Shown one piece after another: positions 1 to 15,000 of a DNA stretch of 64,000 bases. Every line of letters starts with the position of its first letter. Within the stretch, counting starts at the first letter, position 1. Made by a program: the position numbers and the translations under genes. The DNA is taken from the NCBI GenBank assembly GCA_002633005.1, contig NMRA01000206.1, positions 331,250 through 395,249 of the forward strand. Direction: 5' to 3'. Origin of the DNA: Phoronis australis. Its lineage: Eukaryota; Animalia; Phoronida. The notes under the pieces were generated by a model. That model had not been told where the DNA came from. It saw nothing but the letters and a program-made list of their open reading frames with translations, and searched no databases.

Positions 1-62
1 TTCCATCCAAGCGTGACCTCTCAATCTGGGGTCGTTGCCCATAGTCACACCAATAGAGGTAT
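1..62 (-). CDS. LRP2: LRP2-like exon 37 (partial)
   Basis: cttcag| [20 protein letters not shown], runs off window. Confidence 0.9.
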
Positions 63-3000
63 CTGAAGGGGAGATAAATACCAAGGAAATTTACATTGTT
101 CCAGTGCATGAAACATGATCAACACTAGCTTTAAACATAATCATTTTGCATGAGATTATAAACTAACTATTTCTTAACAGTTGAGAAGTTTCAATAAAAA
201 CATGATTGAGTCATAAACGTGCAATCAGTTTCCACGTCCATAATGTGGTATTTTCTACTCACATCGCACGTGACCAATGTTAATACCCTTTTATTTCACT
301 GCTTCTCAGTCGTGCTGTAGGGCGCACTCAATAAGTACTCAACTCACACAACCTGCTGACACCACAGACAACTTGAAAAGGAAACGAAATGGACTGCCTT
401 GTGATTATTTATAAGCAATTTTTGACATAATTTCCCAAGGGTACTCCACTATAAGAGGTATGAGGAATGTGCCACTCAGACAAGTGACTTTTCCAAGACC
501 ACTCCTACAAAAGGGAGCCCTTTCTTATAAAGTTCCCTTTGAAAGGGTGCCTTTCCAATTTAAATCCTCACAAGAGGGGTCAATTTGGGTATTCAAAACT
601 CTTCATATTTTTTCAACTGAAAAGATTTCAAGGGTTTCTAATATTATTGTTTTTAAATGTTGGGGTTGCAAGAGATGAGCTCATGCTTAACAAGATCGCA
701 TCCCTTCCAGCACTAAAGACATCTGTCCAGGAAGGGCACACATAAGGGAGAGCTTTATGGATTTAACATGTCTTACAGAAGGTAGTGAGTGTCTTTAAAA
801 CAAAACCCAACGAAAGTGGGGTGGGGGCTTTTTCATGGCATCTCCCTAGAAATGAGTTCATTTTTTCAATTCCACTCTCTTGCCAGACGGGTATCATATA
901 CCTTTGTTGCACCACCACTCTCGCATGAAATTAGCAGACGGCACAATTAAACAAGTCCAATCACTTAAAGTGAAAGTCATTTTTCCATTGTCTATACGGC
1001 CGTTTTGCCAATGTCTAAGCTAAGATCCCTAGACGCAAGAATTTTGTGAGTAAAGTTGCCGTATTGCCGCACCTTTAACCCCATGGGCTTGTACCCAAAA
1101 TAATGCCTTTTATCGCAGCCTTTTTGCACCCAAGTGGTTGGCATAGTGGCGCATGCAAATGAGTTTTGCATATAAGCGCAGTTTCGCAAAGACCCCGATG
1201 GGGCTAATGGCATGGCAGTATGGTAGTGTGATAACAACTCTTAAGTCATATAAAACAATAGGCATTACCATACCGTTTGATAGGATTGACAGCCAAGGCT
1301 CTAGGTGTGTTCCCTTTAAACTTGACAAGAACGCGTCTGAATGTCCCGTCCATCCTGGACACCTCCAAGTACGCAACGTTTATCGAGAAGGCATTCGTGA
1401 AGTAAAGGTTTCCTGCATCCAATAACAACTAATGATACAAATTTCCATCTCAGAAGTTAAAGTACACGATAAAGTTTTCCACAAGCTAATAGTATCCTGT
1501 CGTATTTTCATGAAAAAAATGGCGTCTGCTTCAAAGTAACCAAGAATGCAGAGAGGGGAGTATCAGCTGAGGGGGCATGGATTTCAAGATCTTTTTTAAG
1601 GTTTTCAGACTTTGGCTCAGTCTTATAGTCTCTTCATATTAAAATCATGTTTTGATGTGGAATTTTTGTGAGACGCCAGATCACCTGCTTAAGATGAGCG
1701 TTCATTCAGATAGGCGTACTGTTAGTCGTGTACCGAGAAATTGGTTTGTGTATTTCCTTTCAGACGGCAGGTCAGACAACATCTGAACGTTGGTGTTAGA
1801 AATGTCTACTTCACAGCTAAATTAAACAAACCAGTGAACACTAAACATAACTTATCTACAACTAATTCGAAAGATGCCAATTTGATAGCCTTCGCACAAA
1901 AGTGCTACAAGCAATTATAAACCAGCATTCCATCCAGGAACTTTTGATATAGTCCGTATGATGCTATAAAGCTGGTCTCAACTTATTCCTTACATGTGAG
2001 AAGTGATTTGCACAGAATTTACTGTCAGTTTTTTTGAGATCAAGCTCAGATATAAATCACACGCACAGACAATCCATCTTGAAAAGCCATGTCTCAGGAC
2101 GTAACAAACTGTCAGTTCTTAAAAAGCCCCGAAATCACCTTCAATTTGGTTAAAGAACAGTTTCAGATCAATTTCATTATCTAATGGTAAAAAGTTTAAA
2201 TCAAAAGTTGGAAGTTTGTGACGGAAGATGAGTTCATGGACTCTTTGAGTGACAGAGACAACTCCTCTTAAAGAGAAACACACTGCCTGGATACTGAATA
2301 TTAAGAAAAATCTCCCTTTGGTAGTATTAACTTTTTAAGAAGTGAATTAAATCTCACCTGCAAACCAGTCAATAGCCAAACCCCGGATACCAGATGAACC
2401 AACACCAGATGTTACAATGGCCTTGAAGTCTGAACCATCCACCTTGATACTGTAAATACCACGTTTGGAAAAGTCTGCCCAGTAGATGGTGCTAGTGATT
2501 ACGTGCACGTCAATGGCTAAAGCTAGCATGCCTGAAAGGTGTTCGAAAATATTTGACAGTGATCTCACATCTGAAAAATCTTAAAGTCACACGTTCACAA
2601 TCAACCGCAGATTTCTCATAGAAAATGTATTTTTTCTAGTACTTAAGACGCAGCATTTTCTGGATTGTAGATCGATGAAGTTAACTTGTCAGGGACTGAC
2701 TGGAAGGCAAGACAAGAGGAGAACGTCCCACAATGTTCCATCAGTTGTATTGTTCTTACCCATAACACACTAAAACAGTTTCATTTAGCCAACTTAAGAT
2801 TATGTCAATCAAATTAAATTGACGAAGTTTAACGAAGCTTGTAGAAGCGCCATCTTTTGGACACATAATGCCAAGCTCGAAGTAACATGCTGTCATGCTC
2901 ATCCAACATTATGCTTGAGTGATATTTACCCATGTCTTAATAATGATAGCATTAATTTTCACGATGTACAATCATCTCTTCTCACCATGGCCTCACACAA

Positions 3001-6000
3001 AAAGCAAATTCTTCACAATAAAAATGCTTCTGTTCAGAAAGCAAAACTGTGGGAAAGAGGAATATCATTGTGTCGAATCCTTTACGGAAATCAAGTGAAA
3101 TTTTTGTTCAACATAGTGGTCAGCACTTAGCATCTATAATTGGCTAAAACAACAAGAACTTTCTCGAGCCATTGCAGTAAAGGATAACAAGTCTCAGGGA
3201 AAAATTGGTAGTTTTGGCAATTCTTTATGGTGCCAGTTTGAAAGATCATTATCATGCACGATGGCTATGATGCAATGTTACAGACACAGCAGGGACTATT
3301 TTCACTGGAAATGTTACTATCAGTGATGTGAATAGGCTAGTCTATGAACAGCGTCAAAAAGTGAAAACAAACCTTTTGACTCGATCATTTGGCAACTAAT
3401 CAGCTAAATTGTGTATGGGCGTAAAATCGCATTTACATGCCAAACAATTAAGACTTAAATGCAGTTTGCTCAGGAATTTCGACCATGCCAAGTTGGTGAA
3501 ATGCATTTGGCTACTAGTGACAATCTTTCCCGACGGAATGGTGTTATGTTTACCATAATATAACAAGACCTAGCGAACAGTCCTACCATTTTCAGCAATA
3601 GGCACCATAGGCTCCACAGTGGAACCGGAGCTTGTAGGCACACCGCGGATAACAGACAGCTGGGAGACGACTGCGTAGGAAGTCACGGCTGAAAGAATTG
3701 GTCATTAACGCATCACCACACTTGTCTTACAGGAATCAATCTGCCAAACGTAACAAAACTGAGCAGCCTATTTTGTGTATCTCCGTAATACGATATTTTG
3801 TGATAAAAAGTTGATGCTACCTAATACCAAATTGAAATCATAGAATTTTGACATCTGCACACTGTTGAAATGAATGTGAAGTTTGACAGCAAATGGACGC
3901 TTGTTGGCAGTAAATTTTCTCCAAGTGCTATGAAAACACTCAGAGAAAGCTACAATTTGAAAAACTCAGTATGGTAATTGTGTTCCATAGCACTTCCAAC
4001 TAGACATTAGTGCACAGAACGTCATCAGAAAAAAAAAATTAGTTGCAGACAACAATGCTTTATTCCTCCATGAACTAAATGAATACAGCCATCTAAGATG
4101 GCCGCCATGCACTGTAACTCACCTTGACAACTGAAGGTGGCAGTAGTGAAGAATCCCATGCCACAGGCGCATGTCCTTGTGTTCTCACCACTAGGCAGAC
4201 ACAGGTGTTCACAATTACCGTTATTAAATGTGCATGGAGACTGACCTAGAAATATTATAAAAGGATCAGCAAAGGTTGATCGTGAGATATTACTTTGTAA
4301 CTATAGCATACTTATTTTTCCCAATTATTTTCTTTTAAGTTTTATTGACCACTGCTTCGGTAGTACGAGTATTACGTTGGGACACCCTGTTTCACGCAAT
4401 GGCGAGTGTTGAATGTTTCTGTGTAATTATGCAAAATGTCAGAAAAGATCAAGTTATGTAATAATGCGATGTTTTCTTTAATTTTAACGAAGTAGGAATG
4501 GAGGTCAGTGTTACTTTTGGTTAAATAAACCACAGTTCTAATTCATCTTACTCTTGAAGTTGGCCATTTTCGACCAGCCAAAATGACACTCAATATGGTG
4601 GCATGTTTTTAATAACATTTGACCTTCACAAACTTGAAAGTTCTACAATTTAGAGTCTTTCATTTCACTGCGTGCGTTACGCTAATTTTAAGAAGCTCCA
4701 CTTATTTCGCACAAAAATAATGATTATCTCCAAATTGTCATTTTCAACATTTTTCAAGGCTGATTGCTCTATATCCTACAAATAGGGAAACTTCACCAAA
4801 TGTTGTTTTTTGACATCTACACAGTACAAACTGCACTACATAAGATGAAAATTTTCTCAGTCTTGATAATGTGTGAAGAAATTTGACAAAAAATCATTTC
4901 ACTTGTCGCTAATATTGTGTGCTAAGTAAATGAAGAATTCCCGCGCCTCATAAAAATCGTCTCTTAGTCATCTGGACGTAACATTAGTACATTGCATTTC
5001 ACAAAAAACAACCATTTTTGTCACCCAACAATTTATTAAGACAACCTCTTGATCTCTCCAAACAGCATGAAAATACAAAACAACCAAAACACACTGACCT
5101 TGAAGGTGACGCGTCGAGTCAAAGGCCTTCATAGACTTGACAAGAACAAAGTTGTTTCGTATGACCTTTGCTCCTTGACCGTTACTGGCGTACACACGTG
5201 TTATAGACTCGTGTGCTGTGTCGTAATAGAACAGATACTGCCCACCTAATGTCAGAGCTGACGGACTGTCCAGGTTGGCGAGAAAGACGGACGCCGTACC
5301 AGTATTAATATCGTACTTCATAATCTGAAAAACAATTAAAACAATGTCCTGTGCAAAACATCTTCACCTATTGATCAGTGCAGCCACAGTGGGTTTAGCT
5401 GCCTAGTACTCACTTTGCGACTGTAACATGATGATAGACTTATGATATCAGATGAGATGTCACATGGCACACGTTGCAAGACTTATGATATCAGATGAGA
5501 TATCACATGGCACATGTTGTAAGACTTATGATATCAGATGCGATACCACATGGCATACGTTGTAAGACTTATGATATCAGATGAGATATCAAATGGCACA
5601 CGTTGTAAGACTTATGATATCAGATGAGATATCACATGGCACACGTTGCAAGACTAATGATATCAGATGAGAAATCACATGGCACAGTATGCCCAATGTT
5701 GGATGCCGTGTAAACACAACATATTCAGTGAATAACTTGTAAACAGGTTTGTCCAAGGGTTCATTCAGTGAATAACTTGTAAACAGGTTTGTCCAAGGGT
5801 TCGTGGCTGTATAACCTTCCAGAGAGTTTCATTATAAAAGAGGGTGCACAATGATTCTATTTCTATATTAATTTGTTAACAACTCAATATTCTTGAGGCC
5901 GTAGCTGTCACGCCAATAGAAGATATAGTTCTAGTAGCACCTCAAAAAGGGGGAGGGAACAAGTAGGAGTCGGCCAAGTGCTGAACAATTTGAATTTATG

Positions 6001-9000
6001 GACAGCGTCACATTTGAGGGACGTTTTTAATTGAGGCTGTCCCAAATCCCCAACATCAAGATGTTCAGAAGGTCTTGAACATCCTGAGAACAAGGCAAGT
6101 GTGACACGGCCAGTTTGCAGAGTGACAGCACTTACACAGTGCAGGGTATGGGATTCACAGACTATTTCTTAAATTAGTTTGATGAGTACGTAATTATGAT
6201 GCGAGACAACCCATATGGATTGCAACACAGCCACCAAGAAACCAAAGTTGAACACCTTAAGCCCCATTCTCACCCCACGCCTAAAGCTCCATTCTCACCC
6301 CACACCTAAAGCTTTGTTCTCACCCCACATCCAAGCTCTGTTTTCACTCAGCACCTAAAGCTCTGTTCTCATCACCCCCACACTCAGCAGTCTCGCACCC
6401 ATTACCTGTGGTGTGTACTGCTCCGTCCAGTACAGCGTCTTGCTGTTCAGATCTATGGTCAAGAACTGCACACCTCCAGATATGGCAGTGTACAGAGTTT
6501 TGGCCCCCGACCCATCCATGTTGACTTTAGCCAGCTTCATGGGCACGCCGCGGCATCCCTCATCAAGCCAGTACAACTGTCTGCGTGGAGAAAAAAGAAA
6601 AATATTAGGAAATAATGCATAGATAAAGAGCGCTTGTGTAACAAAAAGACTGTGTTAATGTGTGAGAAATGGTAAAAAATAACTTCTACTTCGATGCACT
6701 TATTTCAGAAATTCTATTCAATTTTTAAATTCCCCACTTTTGTATTAGTTTCCCTCTTTGATGTCTTCTGACCAGAGTTCACTTATGGATAAGGACTTCC
6801 CACTGTGCTTGCCCCAGTATTGCCCAATGATTTGACTTAAGATAATAAAATAAAACTTACTATGCATACACACATGCACTGTATAGGCCTATACGGCAAC
6901 ACGCGGCATGCTTTTGCTCTGTTAAGTGTTGCACAGTGCACTTTGGTATTCATGTGATCTTTCACACCCAATCTCATGCAACTGAATGGTTAATCACTCT
7001 AACAAATTTCCTTTTTAAGAATCTAGGAATCCAAATGGTTTCAATCCTTTTCGTTAATAGGTGTACACTTTATGCAGTGGGTCATCAGATGCTATTGGAA
7101 AAGTTACTTTCTGTGAAACCATTTGTTTGATCTTCCTCATAACCATATTACTGCATCTCCCCCTCCATTCAATCAACAGAAGACACTCACTCACACAGCA
7201 GACAATAGGAGACAGTTGACTCACAGACCATGACTCACCCCTGTCCGGGATCCACAGCCAGAGACTTGGGCTTGCATACACCGTGATCAGAGCCATCGTT
7301 AGACACAAGGATCTTCCTGTAGTTCTTGTCGCCATCCATCTGCACCACTTCAATGGTGGACTCGTTGATGTTTCCAAAGTACAGGTTCCTGGCTAACCAG
7401 TCAATGGCGATGCAGTGTGGAACTCCCAGAATGCCATGTGGCAAGAAGCTGGTTACCTCTCCACCATAAAGACCAACTTTCTTGATGGTACCCTGAGCAA
7501 ATGGCAAACAAATTTAATCCGTCACGTAACACAAAGGAAGAAGCAACAGACTCCATACACAATACAGCAGACATGACCATACTTGTCCTCACTGGTGAAC
7601 AGTATTTACACAAGAATGAGACGTATTACATGATTTAAGCATGGCTGACGTTGCTCACATTTTGCACAGCAATGGTTAATAGAACTGTAAGGCATTTAGG
7701 CTTGGAATCCAAGAGGTGCTAAAAAAAGTCAACGAGCTTGAACCAAGATATTAAATTTAATTATAGTCAGAATACAAACTTCGTTGAAAACATGACTAAA
7801 CTTTTTGTTTAGAAGCTTGATACAGAGTCGCTCACAGTGTCTAGTAAACAAATTGTGTCAAATTGTAAGATTATGTACCTATTTTGCATAATCTTATATA
7901 ATTGACTCCAAGAAAATACTTCTTACAAAAAGTGTTTCAACCACAAAATAATACAATATTTGAAATTTAAAGAACCATTCAAAAAAGAAAATTATTTTAG
8001 AATCAAATAATGAACATGGCACTCCTGAAATACAACAAAAGGACCATATTGTGAAGCTATCAAAAATCATTTGTCTAATTCAAACGGTAAAATCCTTAAC
8101 CGACTTTAAACAGTCACAAGAAGTTCTTACATTCCTGAGGTCAGACCAGTAGATCATATGATTCTGGCTATCATAATCAACATCATAGGCATTGCTGATA
8201 CCCGTCACAGGTACAAATGCATCGAGAGCCTCACCGGAGCCATGGAAGTCCATACCACTGATTTGAACGTCACGTGACAACATCAGGAATGTGGTATTGA
8301 CTGCAGATGGAAACAAAATACGTCAGAGGTAAACTATACGACAATTCACTATAAGTTCATAACGGTAAAACATGCAGTATGACATTAAATTTTACAAGCT
8401 TTGTCCTTGTCTTAAATCTACCAACCGAGAAATTAACATTAAACATCATAATTATTACATGAATTCACTGGATGAAAATATTTTAAATTTAGTACCATAC
8501 ACCATTGTTGCTATGTTACACAGATTCTAAGGTTTTCCAGATTGTTCAGCATAGTTATTCAAGAAGACTTGTATGTGACAAGCTTGAACTATATTGTCCA
8601 CCAGCAAGCTTATTCCAGCTTGGAAAACAATGTTTACCAAGAGAACAAGGTTTTTCAAGCTTGGGCATCAATGTTGAAAAAGTTGATTGGCTTAACAAAC
8701 TTATAAGATTTTTAGACATGCTTTGTTTACATTTCTGAAAATTATTGTTGAGCAAACTGGTTCAAGGTTACCAAGCAAAGTTAGTAAGGGAGCAAGGTAA
8801 TTAAAGGTTGGAGAACGATGTTAGATAAGAGCATATCCCAACAAGCTTAAATAAGCTTGCTCAAAGTTAACTAGTAAGTACCCAGGGTTAGGCACTATCG
8901 AAACTTTATAACTTCCATTAACATGTTTTGTTTATTGTTCTAGTAAGCCTTTTATGATCACTTTTAAAACCACGTATTATGTGGAGCAACGGTGGTCATG

Positions 9001-12000
9001 ACAGAGCGCCCGATTTGGCATCTGGTAGCTCTCCAACTTTTCTCCCTCAAAGTGTGTCATAGTTCAGGAAATTGAAAACACAGTAGACGTCGCAGAATTG
9101 ATAATCGCGCTTGGCTGAAACTGACTTTCAAATACCGTGATAAATAAAACTGGCATGCACTCACCGGCCACACAGGAGGAACCCGTGAGTTTCATTCCCA
9201 CTGGACATGCGCATGTATATCCTTGGTCAAGGGTCGTGACCTCAGGGGCCAACAGGCAATGATGGCTGCAGGGACTGCTGCTACACGGGTTGGACGCTGC
9301 AAATACACGGAGATCAGAGTAATAAATTCTAATTTGAGATATTGCCTGAACACAGCCCATCCACACAACTATAACACAAATATGACTGTAGAAACGTGTG
9401 TACTCTGATGCCACGTGCCTTGTTTTAATTTTGCATCTGTTCGAACACACAAGTCAAATACTGAATTAAACCGCCTTCACTTTTCCAGTTTTCCACGATT
9501 ACGCAATGTCTGAGGAGATCACAGGCAGTATTCATGGGAACTTAAACCAACTCTTATTCGTTATTTTTATATAATTATTTATCTTTTAGATATTTAGACA
9601 ATGGACAGGTCACTTAAACGAACTTAGAAATGCAAACACATTAACAAGATGTATAAAGTACAAAACGAAAGTTACATTGATAACATATTGGCAATTAACA
9701 AGTAATTAATTACGAACAATCGTCCAATTAACTAATAAGACCAACTAGTTTTCCTGGCACTTCATGTGGCTGCAACACATTACCCATGTGCAATGAACTG
9801 CTTTCAAATCAGATAACTCATTTTGAACCACCCTGTATTTCGAGACACAAATGACTTGATCATCACCAACCTGAAGGTTGTCTCACTGGGTGGTGGGCGA
9901 CAAGTCCAAGGGGTGAATTGAGCCGCCTCAGTTTGATCGCCTTGTCTGTGCAATTGAACTTGTTACAGCTGGAGATCTGATTGAGTGACCGGTCAGTCCA
10001 GTAGAGCTGATCTTCAAATATGGTCATACCATAGGGGTGGACAATAAACTGTTAACAGAATGAGAATGGTGACATTAAGCACATGACTTCGAAGGAGTTA
10101 AGGAGATCCAGGAGAGTTTCATTGAGATCAAAGAAATAATTTCATATCACACTGTTCAGGCGCAATCACATGGAATATCTTTAACTTGGTGAAGTATAGT
10201 GTAATCAATATGAATTTTGAAAAACGTGCCTACAGCAGGTAAATTCATCCAAAATGACACCTTCATAGTAACTGCCATTCAATTTATTTGTCTAGCTATG
10301 ATTTCACGAGCTGTGGAACAGGTAAAATAGATCAATTATTGAAAATATTCAACATGAACATACCTGGTATAAAAACAATATTCTACCACCTGACGAGCAA
10401 AAGAACCATCAATCTGTTCTTTCGCGGAGGTAGAAAAATACATTGCTTGGCTGACCTCCTTGTCAAAAATGTCAGGCAACAACATAGGAAGCACATTCAA
10501 CACTCACATTTGACCTTTATGACAATTTCTTGGAGTCAACATTGCAACCCAAAATGCAACAATCCAACTTTGTCTTCATTACAATGGTGTTGCATAATAA
10601 TTAGGATGTGAGATTAGTACAGTTGCATTGTGGGTAAATACCTTACAGCTGAGAAGTGGTGCTGTGCTATTTCAGGAAGGGTCTATTGCACACACTTAAT
10701 ACACATGACTAAACATCCAATTTCTTACATGATCACTGTGCAGAACCATAGTGAGTCCAGATCCGTCATAGTTTATGTAGCCAATCAGGTCTAAGTAAGA
10801 GTCGGCGTAGAACAATTTACGAGTCGGAAAGTCAATGGCCAGTGAGTTTGGGTAGTAGACTCTGTCTGTGAGCAGAGTGATTCTGTTTGACCCGTCCATA
10901 CCAGCTCTCTCAATACGCGGCCTCACACCCCAGTCAGACCAAAACATGTATCTACAAATTGTTGAAATTCATGAACACATCAGAATACTGTTATGATAGA
11001 ACTTACACACATAATTCAGGATTGAAGATTTGAAATACTAACCCTAGTCGTTACATTATTGCCACCTAGTGAGCGTCAACAAAATACAACCCTACTGTAG
11101 AAATTTCCTGAAATTTGACTATACCATAGGACATTGGTAGAAAATAATAATAAAGATTGAGGATTTTTGACAAAAATTTGATAGTTGTAAAGGCTTTGTT
11201 CAGTCAGACAGTGAACCTAGTAGTTACACAGTGCAGCCTTGACAATAATAATAATAATAATAATAGAACAGTGAATAAAACTATAACAAAATAAACACAA
11301 GCTGGAAATTGGCTGTTAACAGTTGTGTACACCTGCTCTTGACAAACACACTGTTCATACAATCCACACTTCAGTCAAACAGCCTCATACCTGTCACGGG
11401 GATCCAAAACAATCGCCCGTGGGTTGGTCACATTATCCGTGATGAGTACAGTACGCCAGCTACCGTTTAACTTGGCGACCTCGATGGTCTCCAGGCCGTA
11501 GTCGACCCAGTAAAGGTTGCGACCCACCCAGTCAACAGCCATGCCCTCGGGCACAGACATGCCACCACTGACAATCTGGCAAGAAAATTGTGCTATTGAA
11601 ACATTGCCTACATCAATTAGGAAAGTTATGGGTATAATTAAAGCCAATATAATAGTCTTTTACATTGAAAACATATCAACCATCAAAACCTATTTATTTG
11701 TAATAAAAATTGCACCAAAAAGTAGTTACTATATCATAGCTCAAATTATTTCCCAGCCAAGATTCAGTTTTTAGAAAAGGACACTCACTTCCTCAGAGAT
11801 ATCTCATTAGTTATTACTACTTAAGCACCCATAATGACAACATTCTCACCACTTTGGCGTCAGACCCATTGACGAAAGCGCTGTAAATTTTCTCTCCCAC
11901 AACATCTGCCCAGTAAATTCTGTCCTCAACCTTGTCAAAGTCAACTCCTGACACCATGGCAGCACCAGGGACATCAATGACCAGGAAGGATGAAGATCGC

Positions 12001-15000
12001 ATGTTGACTCGGAGAATGTTGCCACGGTTACTCACAATGAGATATGCCAGTGTATTACCTAGAAGGTTGATAGCAATGGTTTTATTACAATAGCACCGCC
12101 TAGTGAGAGAAGCAGAATAGAAGTAAACCATACAGCTTCAAAAATCACATTTTTATTTTTGCACTCATTGCTCTGATATTATCACTGGTGGAATATTAAA
12201 CCAACTCGAGCAAAAAACTCATGAAATGCAATTATTTTTTCAATAGGATAACTATAACTGCGATCTCATTTTCCCCAGTTATATCAAGCGTTAGTCGCTA
12301 GAGAGGTGAAAACATGAATTACCTACCACTCAACACGTAATTTCATCAACACCCATAATCACGAATATAAGCCTATAAGAATCTAGAACTACCTGTCACT
12401 CTACACATTAACAGAGACCTAGTGAGTAAGATCATTGCATCAATACTATTTCTAAAACCCTACACACTTGTCCATATACATATAAATTTTGTTGTGTAAT
12501 GACTATCCAGTATTATTTTAGATAGCCACCAGATGTCTCCTCAGTTGTTCAGGTGGTGACCCTGTGTCCCTGTGTTGCAAGTCTTCCTAGAAAAAACATG
12601 GCTATTCTGACACACCAATGTCTTCCAACTTCAATCGTTCTGCATCCATTCCACATTACATTTATCGTAACTTTGAATGTAAGGTAACTGCACCAAGACT
12701 GCGTGTACCTAAAAGCAGTACATACCTGCCGCTCTACATGTACGTTTATCTGGACTGAGTGTGTATCCGTCATCACATGAACAACTATAAGACCCCTTGG
12801 TGTTGTTACAATATTGGCTGCAGTACATCATGGATGCGCACTCGTCGATATCTTGAAAAGGAAAGGACGGATTGGAACCACCACATTGTACAGTTACTGA
12901 GAAATGGGTCCACAAGCACTCCTTGGCAAAATCGAATGAATTTAAACAGTGACATATACATGAATGACAAAAATATTGATTGACTTAACTGAAGAGTAAA
13001 ATATGGTCCAGGAATACAAAAGGTTATAACAATTAACTCAGTCTATTAATTCTAAAATAATACAATATATCAGCTTGATTATTTATAACATCACAATTAT
13101 AAGCCCTGTACTTTAGTTTCTCTCTTTCTAAGTCAGTCTATCGTCACCAAAATTCCAAAGTTCACTTAAAAAACTCGACTTTTCTGCTTGCAATGATTGT
13201 TAGTTTCACACCAGCCTCAGTACACTTACCTACACAAGCCTTGGTTCCATTGAGTTTCTCACCGACGGGGCAGTAACAGAGGGCGCCAAAAGGTGTCGTC
13301 TCACAACCATCACTACATCCTCCATTGTTGACGCTACAACTGTCCTCGTCTAGAATAAAACGGCAAGTAAAATAGGGCACAACTGCGCCAGACACAAAAA
13401 ATTGCTCATATATGAAAAAATATCACGAAGGCTACGCAGCATACATGGATTGAGGATAAGCTCCCTTCAGAATGTATGTGTAAGTTTCAGTGATTGCTAA
13501 GTTACATAATAATGAAATGTGTGAATCAGGACACGGTATAGCATTTTTAGTCTTAGTTAGTTATTACTGAGAATGATTCAGTTGGTATATGTCTTCACTA
13601 ACAGGTGAATTGTTCGATTAGTAGTGTACCTTTTTATTGTAACTATATCAAAAAGTAACAGGAATATCCCATTGTTTTACTGAGTGAATTATGAACTTAT
13701 TACCAATTACTGACAACATTACTATAATCAATACAATATCATTACACTGTAATAGTATGCATGCAGGATGTAATGACAAATTACAACTATACACTAATCT
13801 TACACATGAATGATTTCAGCCTACAAAAATATGAGCTATTATTAACATACAGGAAGTATGAGCCAATTTGAATAAAATCCAAATCACATGACCTACAGCA
13901 ATGACAACCTAAATTCAGATTAGATAGTCGAAGCTAGGGTCATATCGTAATACTGCCCGTCTCAGGATAGGCATACAGAATCCTACTGTAATTGACATTA
14001 GATGTCGAATACTATACGTTTACATGACGTAAAAACTTTGTAATCGTAAACTCACTGCAGAGTGGTCCCTCATCGCGGCCTCCTGGACAGTCAGCGGTGC
14101 CGTCACAGAACTTGGACAAGAGAATACAGGTGTTCATGGTTTCCGGACACCTGTGCTCACCAAACGGACAATCAGGGGGGTCAACAGGAGCTGCGGGAAA
14201 TAGAGGGTGATGATTGACCGGCGCAGTTTGAGACAAATAGTTACAGTAAATTAATCTTACCTCACAAATTATATTCAACCTCAACAGGACTTTTATTACA
14301 AGGAGAAATTATCAAATTTATTGCACTATGAAAATAAACAAGAACTTGGCAAAATTCGATAGACACAAGAATCTTGCGAAGACACAAGACCACGCAAGAC
14401 CATGCAAGACTTAGCGACATATCACTCCACACTACAACCGAAGTACTAGGTAATCGCATGTCTCACGTTTTTGGGAGTATTTCAGGTCTACGGAGCACAG
14501 CCTTGGTTTGTTGCCTACAGCTTAATTAACATGAAAGTTCAGTTTCCGATCGTCTAAAAATTCACAATGAGCTTGAAACATAAATGATGGCACATCTGAA
14601 ACAATAGGACACCTGTAAAAAATTTCAAGTCATACATTCAACTAGCCCTAATATCTCAAACACAGTCCGGTGATGGTGTTCTTCTCTCACTCTATCCAGA
14701 TTATAAAAAGGCCATTTCTTCAAAACCTACACTTAGTGGACATCAAATTTTCCATCAGTGTGTTAAAAACAAACACGCTGTTCGTGATGTCTTACAGCAC
14801 CACCTTCAGGAAGACAGAGAAAAGCTACTCACTACAAGAGGCTTCATCCCGACCATCTGGGCAGTCGTCATAATCGTCGCACACGTAGTAGTCCGGGATG
14901 CAGTAATCGCCACAACTGTACTGATTAGGTTGACATGTCACTGTAAGACCCCATTAGTTCAACATAATGTTCGGCCAAAAAAGCAAAGATGGGTCTGGTG

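Noticed and set aside
5436-5686. Regularly spaced repeats resembling a CRISPR array
   Set aside because: Units are contiguous with no unique spacers, there are no cas genes, and the context is an animal intron; it is a minisatellite
7185-7238. TGACTCAC repeated next to the exon 30 donor as another echo
   Set aside because: Only 8 bp and no exon sequence copied; not distinguishable from chance
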